Positions 19,025 through 27,550 of a DNA stretch of 64,000 nt are shown here, in pieces. Position 1 is the stretch's first letter; each line of letters begins with the position of its first letter. The position numbers were made by a program, and so were the translations under genes. The notes beneath the pieces are model-generated. The model was not told the origin of the DNA. It saw only the letters and a program-made list of their open reading frames with translations, and did no database searches. Source of the stretch: Dehalococcoidia bacterium (GTDB lineage Bacteria > Chloroflexota > Dehalococcoidia > Lucifugimonadales > UBA3495). Location of the stretch: the NCBI GenBank assembly GCA_965222895.1, contig CBDCVB010000002.1, positions 1,159,678-1,223,677 of the forward strand, written 5' to 3'.

Positions 19025-19900
19025 TCAGGATCCCAACTCACCCCCGCAGTGAGGGCAAACCCCAAGAGCCACAGCGTCCTTGCCCTCCTCGTTGGCCTCC
19101 ACCATCGCAGCGCTGAGGATGCCGGCGGGCAGGGCAAACAGACCGATGCCCAGCACCGCGATCACCGCGGCGAGCAACCGGCCGATACCGGTAACGGGCA
19201 CCGTGTCCCCGTAACCCACCGTCGTCAGCGTCACCGCGCTCCACCACATCGCGGCCGGAATACTGGAGAAAACCTCGGGCTGAGCCCGAGCCTCAGCGAA
19301 GTACATCAAGGCCGCCGCGAGGACCAGCACCACCAGCAAACCCACCACCGCCGTCAGCAGCTGGCCCGATTTGGAGCGTATCGCCATCCCCAAGCGCCGT
19401 CCTCCCGGCAAGTAACGGGCCAACTTCGCGGACCGGGTCAACAGCCTGATGGCCAGCAGGAAGGACAGACTCAACTCGTCGCCTGCAGTAAACAGGATCA
19501 CCACCGCCACCAGCGAAGGTAACAGCACCCCACCATCAATCAACGCCGCCGGCGAGACCATGAAGCGGCCCCGCCGCCGCCATACACCACCCGCGCCAAA
19601 CCCCTCCGCCGCCGCCCAGAACCGTACCGCGTACTCGAAAACGAACACGCCCAACGCGCAGTACTCGGACAAACGGAACCAAAAGGAGTATCCTTCCCTC
19701 AAACTCTCCACCGTCCAGAGAATCAGGGAAAAGCTATTGATCAGGATGACCCCCACCAGCAGCAACTCCAGTAAATACGTGTGCCGGTCACCCCGCTCTT
19801 CGAAGAGCCGGTAGGCCCGCAACCGCAGGCCCACCCGGGGACTCACCGCCGCAACACCCTCTTGTGAAGCGCTCATACCAAACTTGCCTCCTGTCGACAC
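19025..19900 (-). CDS. Potassium channel (ion transport protein) with C-terminal CxxC motif
   Basis: Selectivity filter TTVGYGD, multiple TM helices and C-terminal CPHCGGEL. Confidence 0.8.
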   Translation of the reverse strand: MSTGGKFGMSASQEGVAAVSPRVGLRLRAYRLFEERGDRHTYLLELLLVGVILINSFSLILWTVESLREGYSFWFRLSEYCALGVFVFEYAVRFWAAAEGFGAGGVWRRRGRFMVSPAALIDGGVLLPSLVAVVILFTAGDELSLSFLLAIRLLTRSAKLARYLPGGRRLGMAIRSKSGQLLTAVVGLLVVLVLAAALMYFAEARAQPEVFSSIPAAMWWSAVTLTTVGYGDTVPVTGIGRLLAAVIAVLGIGLFALPAGILSAAMVEANEEGKDAVALGVCPHCGGELGS

Positions 19901-19952
19901 GGCCCCGTCCCATCCAAAACGTCAGCTTGATGCGCGAGCACCAAGGACCAAG

Positions 19953-21188
19953 ATGATGAGACATTTGCACGACCATTATGGAACAATGAACAGCAAGGAC
20001 TCCACCCGCAGAGCATCCGACTACGACCAAATCCGGGACCTGCCCGACCAAACCCCCGCCTTCGTCATCGACGAAGTCGCCCTCACACAAGCCCTGCAGC
20101 GAGCCGACACCCTAAGGACCGCAACTGGGTGCCAGATACTATTCGCCGTCAAGGCCTTCTCCTTCCAGCCCACCCTGGAACTCATGGCAACACACCTGGA
20201 CGGGTTCGCCGTCAGCTCCACCTTTGAGGCCAAGCTCGCCCGCTCCACCCTGGGAGACGCCGGAACCGTCCACCTCACCACTCCGGCCATCAGGAAACAG
20301 GACCAGCCCCAGATCACCAGGTGGTGCGACTACGCAGCCTTCAACTCGTGGAACCAGTGGCGCACCCACCACGCTGCCATCGGCGCCGACGTCCGGTGCG
20401 GACTGCGGGTCAACACCGAACTGCCCTTCGCCGGCGACCGCCGACACGACCCCTGCCGCCCCCAATCCCGCCTGGGCGAGCCACTGGCCAACGTCGCCCA
20501 GATCCTGGACGGAAACGAGCCAATCGACGGCCTGCTCATCCACACCAATTGCGAATCCACCAACCTGAAAGAGCTGGAACTCAACGTCCGCAAACTCCAA
20601 ACTCACCTCTCCCACCGCCTCCAGAACGGCCGCCTCGGCTGGATCAACCTGGGCGGCGGATACCTGTTCCAAAGAGAAGACGGCTCGGACGTGGACCTCG
20701 AACCCCTGCGCCGCACCATCCAAGAGCTGCGCGACCACGGACTGGAAGTCTTCATCGAGCCGGGTAACGCCCTGATCCGCAACGCCGGCCACATCGTGGC
20801 CACCGTCCTCGAAATCCAGGAAACGGCCCAACACCGTACCGCCATTCTTGACACCTCAGTAAACCACATGCCGGAGGTGTTCGAGTACCAGTTCGAACCA
20901 GACGTCGCGGGACACCAGGACGGAGCCCCCTGGGACTGCAACCTGGCCGGTGCCACCTGCCTGGCCGGCGATGTGTTCGGACAATACCAGTTCCCGGAGC
21001 CCCTGTCCGTTGGAGACCGGGTGGTGTTCCCAAACTCCGGCGCCTACACCCTCGTCAAGGCACACACCTTCAACGGGGTGAACCTGCCCACGATATACCA
21101 CCTGTCCGCCGACGGACGGATGGAGATGAAGCGACGATATACCTACGAAGACTACGCCCGGCGATGGGCGGAGGATCAGGAACCATGA
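19953..21188 (+). CDS. nspC: Carboxynorspermidine decarboxylase (start uncertain: 19884, 19953 or 19986)
   Basis: PAFVIDE...ILFAVKAF...GFAVSS and GGGY / EPGNALI motifs of the NspC-type PLP decarboxylase fold. Confidence 0.75.
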   Translation: MMRHLHDHYGTMNSKDSTRRASDYDQIRDLPDQTPAFVIDEVALTQALQRADTLRTATGCQILFAVKAFSFQPTLELMATHLDGFAVSSTFEAKLARSTLGDAGTVHLTTPAIRKQDQPQITRWCDYAAFNSWNQWRTHHAAIGADVRCGLRVNTELPFAGDRRHDPCRPQSRLGEPLANVAQILDGNEPIDGLLIHTNCESTNLKELELNVRKLQTHLSHRLQNGRLGWINLGGGYLFQREDGSDVDLEPLRRTIQELRDHGLEVFIEPGNALIRNAGHIVATVLEIQETAQHRTAILDTSVNHMPEVFEYQFEPDVAGHQDGAPWDCNLAGATCLAGDVFGQYQFPEPLSVGDRVVFPNSGAYTLVKAHTFNGVNLPTIYHLSADGRMEMKRRYTYEDYARRWAEDQEP

Positions 21189-22513
21189 CCGCACTCCAGC
21201 TCTCGGAAAGGCGCCTGGTCATCCCCCGTCCCCAACCAAACCAAGACGCCATGCACCACCTGGAATCAGTCGTCGCCAGCCAGACCGAGCCTGGAGACGT
21301 CCCGGTGCGCCTGGCGGTGAACCACCAGTCCCAACACGACTACGCCTGCGAGGTCGGCATCCTGCGAGGACTCCAGGACCGGCCAGCGCCGGAATCCATC
21401 TTCCGGTTCGAACTTAGAGGACTGGAAAACACCGACCAGTTCAACGCCGTCCTGCTGATACCCACCGGAATCGGAGCCGAAATAGGCGGGCACGCCGGAG
21501 ACGCCATGCCGGTCGCCAAACTCCTGGCGTCGGTCTGCGATACCCTGATCACCCACCCCAACGTGGTCAACGCCTCCGACCTGATCCAGATACCGCCGAA
21601 TGCCCTATACGTCGAGGGCAGCGTTATATCCCGGCTCATGATGGGCACCGTCGGAATCCAGAGGACGCGCAACAACCGCCTTCTCGTCATCGTCGGACCC
21701 CATCACGACGACACCTTCATCCACGCGGCCATCAATTCCGTGAACGCCGCCCGAACCTCTTACGGCATGCCGGAACCCACCATCGTCCGGATGCAGAACG
21801 GGCCCGTCATGCGCTCCAAATACGCGCCCTCAGGCCGGGCTACCGGCCAAATCACCAAGCTGGAACCCCTACTCGACGTGCTGGACCACCTCGCCGGACA
21901 GTACGACGCCGTAGCCCTCACCTCCCAGATCGACGTGCCCCCAGAGTACCACGCCCAGTACTTCGAACTCCGGGGAGAGATGGTCAACCCATGGGGCGGC
22001 ATCGAGGCCATGCTGACCCATACCATCTCCGCCATCTACAACATCCCTTCCGCCCACTCCCCCATGTTCGAGAGCACCGAGATCGCCAACGCGGACCCCG
22101 GGATCACCGATCCCCGCATGGCGGCCGAAGCCGTCTCCCTGGCGATGGTCCAGTGCATCCTGCACGGCCTCCAGGCCAGCCCCAAAATAGTTACCGAACC
22201 CCAGGCCAGACAACACCACAGCGTCCTCAACGCCACCGACCTCTCGTGCATCGTCATACCCGACGGCTGCATCGGACTCCCCACCCTCGCCGCCCTAAAG
22301 CAGGGCATACCCACCATCGCAGTCCGAGAGAACCGGAACCTGATGGACAACGACCTGCGGATCCTTCCCTGGGCGCCGGGACAACTCCACGTCGCGGATA
22401 ATTACCTCGAAGCAGCCGGCATCATGGCCGCTATCCGCTCGGGAACTGACCCCAGCTCAGTCCGCAGACCCCTCTCTCCCGCTCCAGTTCACCACGAAGC
22501 CAGCGGCGACTGA
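21185..22513 (+). CDS. Conserved hypothetical protein (DUF3326-like)
   Basis: Motif LIPTGIGAEIGGHAGDAMPVAKLLASVCDTLITHPNVVNASD. The ATG at 21185 overlaps the nspC stop (ATGA), implying translational coupling. Confidence 0.5.
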   Translation: MTALQLSERRLVIPRPQPNQDAMHHLESVVASQTEPGDVPVRLAVNHQSQHDYACEVGILRGLQDRPAPESIFRFELRGLENTDQFNAVLLIPTGIGAEIGGHAGDAMPVAKLLASVCDTLITHPNVVNASDLIQIPPNALYVEGSVISRLMMGTVGIQRTRNNRLLVIVGPHHDDTFIHAAINSVNAARTSYGMPEPTIVRMQNGPVMRSKYAPSGRATGQITKLEPLLDVLDHLAGQYDAVALTSQIDVPPEYHAQYFELRGEMVNPWGGIEAMLTHTISAIYNIPSAHSPMFESTEIANADPGITDPRMAAEAVSLAMVQCILHGLQASPKIVTEPQARQHHSVLNATDLSCIVIPDGCIGLPTLAALKQGIPTIAVRENRNLMDNDLRILPWAPGQLHVADNYLEAAGIMAAIRSGTDPSSVRRPLSPAPVHHEASGD

Positions 22514-22549
22514 CCCACCTCGGACCTTCGCTCATGACGGACGAGCCAC

Positions 22550-22578
22550 AAAAAAGCCCGCCCACCAGGCATCGGGCT
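22550..22578 (-). terminator. Putative rho-independent terminator downstream of pspAA
   Basis: On the minus strand: stem AGCCCG, 12-nt loop, stem CGGGCT, followed by a T6 tract. Lies about 40 nt past the pspAA stop. Confidence 0.45.
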
Positions 22579-22615
22579 CTTGCAAGACCCACAGCACACT
22601 GGAACTAACCAGGCA

Positions 22616-22894
22616 CTACCCCGGCACCAAGCCATCGCCGATGAAGATGTGCTCCGCCTCTGCCAGGGTCAGGTCAAGACCCGGCACGATGATGTCCGAC
22701 TCCACCAGCTCATCCACCGGCACGGCCTCACCCTGCTCCAGCACCAAGTCGTGCATCTCGGCAAGCAGCGAACTGAACAGGCCACCATCCTCGGCAGCCA
22801 CCGCGTCCACCATCCGGTTGTCGATGGCGTTCAGGCCGTCGATGGCAGCACCAGGCAGCGTGAACTGACCCTCACCCAATATCCGCACTATCAT
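22616..22894 (-). CDS. PspA-associated protein (PspAA-like)
   Basis: 92 aa acidic protein starting MIVRILGEGQF. Its start lies 2 nt downstream of the PspA stop. Confidence 0.6.
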   Translation of the reverse strand: MIVRILGEGQFTLPGAAIDGLNAIDNRMVDAVAAEDGGLFSSLLAEMHDLVLEQGEAVPVDELVESDIIVPGLDLTLAEAEHIFIGDGLVPG

Positions 22895-22896
22895 GA

Positions 22897-23622
22897 CTAT
22901 CCCTCCGCCTTCGGGCTGGAACCAGATTCGGCGCTCCCTATCTTCAGAGCAGCCAACTCCGATTCCACGCTCTGCGAAACCGAAATCTTCGCCAGTTCCC
23001 GATCAATGTCGTCCCGGGTGCCGGTCGGATCCTCCAAGACTCCGGCTTCCACCAACTCGTCGATGGCGCCAGCCTTCGCCCGCATCTGGTCGGTCTTGTT
23101 CTCGGCGCGCTGGATTGCCAGCGACATATCGCCCATCTCCTCGGAGATACCACCCAAGGCGGCCCCAATACGGACCTGGGCCTCGGCCGCCGAGTACTGG
23201 GCCTTGATGATCTCCTTCCGGTTACGGAAGGCACTGACCTTGGTCTGCAGCCTGGCTTCCGACGCAGTCAGCTTCTCCTGCTCCAACTCCATGTTGGCCA
23301 GCTGCTCGTCCAGGCCCTCAAGCTCAAGCTCAGATTCGTTCTTGCGCTGCAAGGCCAGACGCGCCAGGTCGTCACGCCCGGCTTCCACCGCCTGACGAGC
23401 CTGCCGCTCCAGACGGGTCACGTTGGTGCGCACGCGGTCCGCCTGTTGCTGGATGCGCCGACGAGCGGTCACCATCTCAACCACACCCCGCTTCACCCTC
23501 TGCAACATCTCCAACTGCTGCTCGTAGGAGTAATCCAGCGTCTCCCGCGGATCCTCCGCCGAGTCGAGCAGCCGGTTCATCTTCGACTTCACTATCGTGG
23601 ACATCCTGGATATCATTCCCAT
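22897..23622 (-). CDS. pspA: PspA/IM30-family protein (phage shock protein A homologue)
   Basis: About 240 aa coiled-coil with the N-terminal pattern KSKMNRLLDSAEDPRETLDYSYEQQ. Confidence 0.85.
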   Translation of the reverse strand: MGMISRMSTIVKSKMNRLLDSAEDPRETLDYSYEQQLEMLQRVKRGVVEMVTARRRIQQQADRVRTNVTRLERQARQAVEAGRDDLARLALQRKNESELELEGLDEQLANMELEQEKLTASEARLQTKVSAFRNRKEIIKAQYSAAEAQVRIGAALGGISEEMGDMSLAIQRAENKTDQMRAKAGAIDELVEAGVLEDPTGTRDDIDRELAKISVSQSVESELAALKIGSAESGSSPKAEG

Positions 23623-23680
23623 CTTCAGAATCCTCCTGAATCAAGTGCAAGGACGGAACGGAGCTCAGCTCCAGCTCCCG

Positions 23681-23881
23681 TCAATAATCTCTCTTTCGCG
23701 ACGTGAAGGCCCGGACGAATATCACCAAACCGACCACCACGCACAACACTCCCCCAATCCGGACCAGGAAGTCCAGGATACCAACCAGCATCAGTATCCC
23801 CAAAACCAGGAGCAACAACCCGCCCAATACGCTTCCGCCGGCAGTCAACAGTCGCATCCAATCACCTCCAACAACGGACAC
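23681..23881 (-). CDS. Small two-helix membrane protein upstream of pspA
   Basis: Hydrophobic stretches LGGLLLLVLGILMLVGIL and GGVLCVVVGLVIFV. Co-directional with pspA, 58 nt upstream. Confidence 0.45.
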   Translation of the reverse strand: MSVVGGDWMRLLTAGGSVLGGLLLLVLGILMLVGILDFLVRIGGVLCVVVGLVIFVRAFTSRKRDY

Positions 23882-23916
23882 ACCATAAGGGTAAACGGCA
23901 CCTGGGCCAGATTATA

Positions 23917-24558
23917 ATGAACACTGTACCCCATTATGAGTTAAATCCTACAACGGGAGGAGCCGCCGTGACAAGGAAACCGAGTCTCATCAACCGCATC
24001 CTGGGCCGCCACAAACGGCGCCCCACCAACACTCCCGCCCACCAGCCGGACCAGAACGACCTGGCGTTCGCCGGAGTCGGAGACGTGGTCACCCTCCCAG
24101 GCCAAGCCCCGGACCACGACGACCCCTACCTGATCATAGAGCGCGTCCAACGGTATTCCGGCACCGGCGGCGAGTGGACCGAGATAGTAACGGCCAACTC
24201 GCAACGCAGGGTCTGGATCGAATACACGAAAACACCAGACGGCCTGTTCGTCACCACCGCCCACGACCGCCAACCCCTGAGCCTGGAAGCCATCGGCCTG
24301 ACCGAAGGCGAACTCATCACCCTGGACGAAGAGCACTCCCTCAACAACGGAGTCATCATCGAGGGAAAGCGCTACTCCTACCGGAACAGCTTCGAAGCCT
24401 TCACCCAGCCAGACCACCAGCAGGGCTTCTACCTGTGGGACTTCATCGCCGACGACGGCACCCAGACACTCGCGGTCACCAAGGCCGAGGGCATACCCTT
24501 TGAGGCATACTTCAACGACGTGATCGACCCGGACGACGTGAACCTGTACCGGTCCTAA
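23917..24558 (+). CDS. DUF4178-like protein
   Basis: Size, and the pattern of a central region followed by GKRYSYRNSFEAF...GFYLWDF...LAVTK, resemble DUF4178. Divergent from the psp genes. Confidence 0.45.
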   Translation: MNTVPHYELNPTTGGAAVTRKPSLINRILGRHKRRPTNTPAHQPDQNDLAFAGVGDVVTLPGQAPDHDDPYLIIERVQRYSGTGGEWTEIVTANSQRRVWIEYTKTPDGLFVTTAHDRQPLSLEAIGLTEGELITLDEEHSLNNGVIIEGKRYSYRNSFEAFTQPDHQQGFYLWDFIADDGTQTLAVTKAEGIPFEAYFNDVIDPDDVNLYRS

Positions 24559-24655
24559 AACGTCAACCATCACCCGGCATTACCCTCAACCGCCCTAGAC
24601 TAAAGATCCAACACGCCAGCCGGCGCCACCAGTCAACAACACGGAGCAGACCAAA

Positions 24656-25543
24656 ATGGACACCCTGATTGACATCCTAACATTCCTGCCGCGCGGACTG
24701 ATCTACGTCGCGCTGGGAGTGGCCATACTGGTCCTCGCAACCCTCGCTCGCGAAATCGTCACCCGCCACAAGCTCGAAGAGGAGATCGTCACCAAGAAGA
24801 ACACTGCCGTCGCCCTGCGCCTCACCGGCTACCTCCTGGGCGTGATCATCGTGTTCGTCGGCGCCGTGTACCAACCCCAGCAGTGGGACGCCAACCTCAA
24901 TCCCGGCCTGGGCATTGACCGGGGTTTCGGGATGCAGCTGCTGTGGACCTTCGCCTATGCCATGGCCGGCGTCGTCGCCCTCAATCTGGTACGCCCCATC
25001 ACCGACCGGCTGGTGCTCTACAAGTTCCAGGTGGAGAAGGAGATTGTCGAAGACCAAAACGTGGGCGTCGCCGCCGCTGAATTCGGAATCAACGTCGCCG
25101 CCGGACTCGTCATCGCCGGCGCCATCGCCGGCTACGGCAGCCCCCTCAACGCCCTCGCCTTCTTCGGCATCGGCCTCGCCGCCCTGATCCTGTTTGCCCT
25201 GTTTTACGAGTGGACCACGCCCTTCAACATCCACGAGGAGATCGAATCCGACAACCCCGCCGTCGGCATCGCCCTGGGCGGCAACCTGGTCGCCATCGGA
25301 CTCGTGATCTTCAAGGCCACCTTCGGAGACTTCTTCGGCTGGACGACGAGCCTCATCGAGTTCGGTGTCTTCGCCGTCGTTGGCTTCGTCATGCTCTACC
25401 TGATCAGACTCGCCGTCGACGCCCTCATACTTCCGAGAACCAAAACCTCCGAAGCGTTGGCAGCAGGCCGCAACACCGGAGTCGCCATCGTAGAGAGCAC
25501 GGTAGTCATCAGCTCCGCCCTCATCCTGCTGGTCGCCATCTGA
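24656..25543 (+). CDS. Integral membrane protein with repeated DUF350-like (YjfL-like) modules
   Basis: Repeated two-helix units each carrying an E-I-x-x-x-N-x-A-V-type loop (EEIVTKKNTAVAL, KEIVEDQNVGVAA, EEIESDNPAVGIA, SEALAAGRNTGVAI). Confidence 0.55.
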   Translation: MDTLIDILTFLPRGLIYVALGVAILVLATLAREIVTRHKLEEEIVTKKNTAVALRLTGYLLGVIIVFVGAVYQPQQWDANLNPGLGIDRGFGMQLLWTFAYAMAGVVALNLVRPITDRLVLYKFQVEKEIVEDQNVGVAAAEFGINVAAGLVIAGAIAGYGSPLNALAFFGIGLAALILFALFYEWTTPFNIHEEIESDNPAVGIALGGNLVAIGLVIFKATFGDFFGWTTSLIEFGVFAVVGFVMLYLIRLAVDALILPRTKTSEALAAGRNTGVAIVESTVVISSALILLVAI

Positions 25544-25567
25544 GGGAGCAACCAAACCGGCCCACGC

Positions 25568-26623
25568 TCAGAGGGTCAGCAGCCGAGCCCGTATTCCAGC
25601 ATCAGCGACCCGGGCTTGCTCCGCAACCGCCTGGGCCTCCAGCACAACCTGGCCGCTTTCGATAATGGTAGACAGCAAACCGGGGCTCGGAGCGGGAAAA
25701 GCGCGGTTCACCACCGGCTCCAGCAGATGGTCAAAGGCGCGGACATCACCAACCACCGCTGCCCAGGAATCTGCCCACGGGTCGGCAGTCCCGTCGTAGA
25801 GCCGCAGCAGGAACACCGCCCGCAGCGGATCCAGCCCCTCCGCCATCAGCGCTAGAACCCGCAGGTCGTCCCCCATTCCAGTCCCGAACTCCACCGGCTG
25901 CCCGCCTTCACCCCACAAAACGTCCGAATAGAGGTCGAATCGGTCGATGAGACCCTCAGTCTCGGCCACCAACCAGCCGATGAAAGACCGGCCCAGCTCC
26001 GTCACCCGGGAGAATTCGTCCGAGCCCAGGCCCAGGAGACGCCGCTGGTACAAGCCGGCAACCACCGGCCAGCACGGCTCTCCACGATCCAGCGCCGCCG
26101 GAGACGGCACTCGACAAGCGCACTTGTCCACGAAGTAGAGAACCAGGCAGGCCCGCATCCAGTCCAACCACTCGTCCAAGTCGCCCACGTAACCAGCGGC
26201 CACTCCCCAATCCAGTGGACGGTAACACGGCGCCAGACGCAGCAACAGATCACCTCCCCCGCTGGCCGGGCCGGCGCAAAAGGCCGGGCCGTGGATGCGC
26301 GGGGCAATCGGAACGTCAGCCTGGGCCAGAGAGCCCCAACTACGCCCGGTGTAAAACGACAATTGGCACAAACCCTCACGCCACTGGCCCACCAGCTCAA
26401 ACAGCTCGGCGTAACAGGCGGGCAGGTCAGGATTGCCGACGCAATCCAGTCCAGCCAACACCTCGGACCGCTCGGAAGCGTTCGCGGGGAAAAGCCCATC
26501 CAACAACGAACGCAGCGTCAGAACACGGGCATCATCGGACAGGACCGCGTCCAAATAGGTGTCGTAGGGAAATCGGTCAGTCCAAACCGAAACCGACAAC
26601 CCGTCCCGGATACCCCCGGACAT
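25568..26623 (-). CDS. Hypothetical protein (351 aa), last gene of the SecA-like operon
   Basis: Long ORF in the same orientation, starting 5 nt after the upstream gene. No motif I can recognise. Confidence 0.55.
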   Translation of the reverse strand: MSGGIRDGLSVSVWTDRFPYDTYLDAVLSDDARVLTLRSLLDGLFPANASERSEVLAGLDCVGNPDLPACYAELFELVGQWREGLCQLSFYTGRSWGSLAQADVPIAPRIHGPAFCAGPASGGGDLLLRLAPCYRPLDWGVAAGYVGDLDEWLDWMRACLVLYFVDKCACRVPSPAALDRGEPCWPVVAGLYQRRLLGLGSDEFSRVTELGRSFIGWLVAETEGLIDRFDLYSDVLWGEGGQPVEFGTGMGDDLRVLALMAEGLDPLRAVFLLRLYDGTADPWADSWAAVVGDVRAFDHLLEPVVNRAFPAPSPGLLSTIIESGQVVLEAQAVAEQARVADAGIRARLLTL

Positions 26624-26628
26624 CGGCC

Positions 26629-27507
26629 TTATCCCACCCGCACCAAGCGGGCCAGCGCACGATCAACCTTCACCGCCGCAGCGCCACCTCCACCGCTGAA
26701 TCCACCGCTCCCGAAACCGCCGCCGCCCTTGGAGATCGAAGACCCGGAGCCCGAACCGGCTCCCCCGGAAACGGAACCACTGCGCGCGCCGGAGAACGAA
26801 GCGCTGTTCCGGAAGGTACCGGTGGCTTTCTGCGTACTTTGGTAGGTGGAACGGCTGGTTCCCAGATTGCGACCAGCCTCCTGGTAACGCGAGCCCTGAA
26901 AAGTCTGCTGCCGACTGGTGTACTGCCGGTTCGTCTCCTGCTGGGCGCGGTATTGGGACCCCCCACGGTAGGTGTCACGCTGTCTACGCAGATCCGGCCC
27001 GCGATCCGGAGGTGTCTGATAGTAGTAATTGTTGCCCCTGAACCCACCCGCCAGCAGATAGAAAAAGAGAAAGTCGCCGCCACCAAAGCTGCTGCGATAG
27101 TACGAGTTGGCGTGATGCCCGGCCAGCTCGTGCCGGTCGTCCTGGCGCACGATGGAGAACAACAGGTCGTCCACCGCGTCGTCAATCTCGGAGTTGCCGT
27201 CCAGGTCCTCCCAGCCATCCAGCACCATGCGGTCCGTCTCCTGGGCAACGCGCACCAGAATGACCCCGTCCCCCTCGTAGATTTCGTTCACCCGGGTCTC
27301 AAAGTCGCTGGCGCTGGTCGAGTCCTGGAACGCCGTCTGCACCTCCTCCATGTTGATCCGGCCCGCCGCGCCGTCGGTGGCCGCCCACTGCCGATATCCG
27401 GCCGGCTCGGCGGAGGCAGCGGGAGAACAGGCCGCCAGCAGCGGCGACGAAACCAGCAACCCGCCGGCCGAAACAGCCAGCACTTTCCGGCTAACATTTC
27501 CAGACAT
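26629..27507 (-). CDS. Predicted lipoprotein with Gly/Ser-rich C-terminal tail
   Basis: Signal peptide plus lipobox LLAAC. The C-terminus is SGGAGSGSGSSISKGGGGFGSGGFSGGGG. Confidence 0.65.
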   Translation of the reverse strand: MSGNVSRKVLAVSAGGLLVSSPLLAACSPAASAEPAGYRQWAATDGAAGRINMEEVQTAFQDSTSASDFETRVNEIYEGDGVILVRVAQETDRMVLDGWEDLDGNSEIDDAVDDLLFSIVRQDDRHELAGHHANSYYRSSFGGGDFLFFYLLAGGFRGNNYYYQTPPDRGPDLRRQRDTYRGGSQYRAQQETNRQYTSRQQTFQGSRYQEAGRNLGTSRSTYQSTQKATGTFRNSASFSGARSGSVSGGAGSGSGSSISKGGGGFGSGGFSGGGGAAAVKVDRALARLVRVG

Positions 27508-27550
27508 GGCGTTTATCTCCTTCCTGCGTCCAGCAGAGAGCGTTTCAAGA

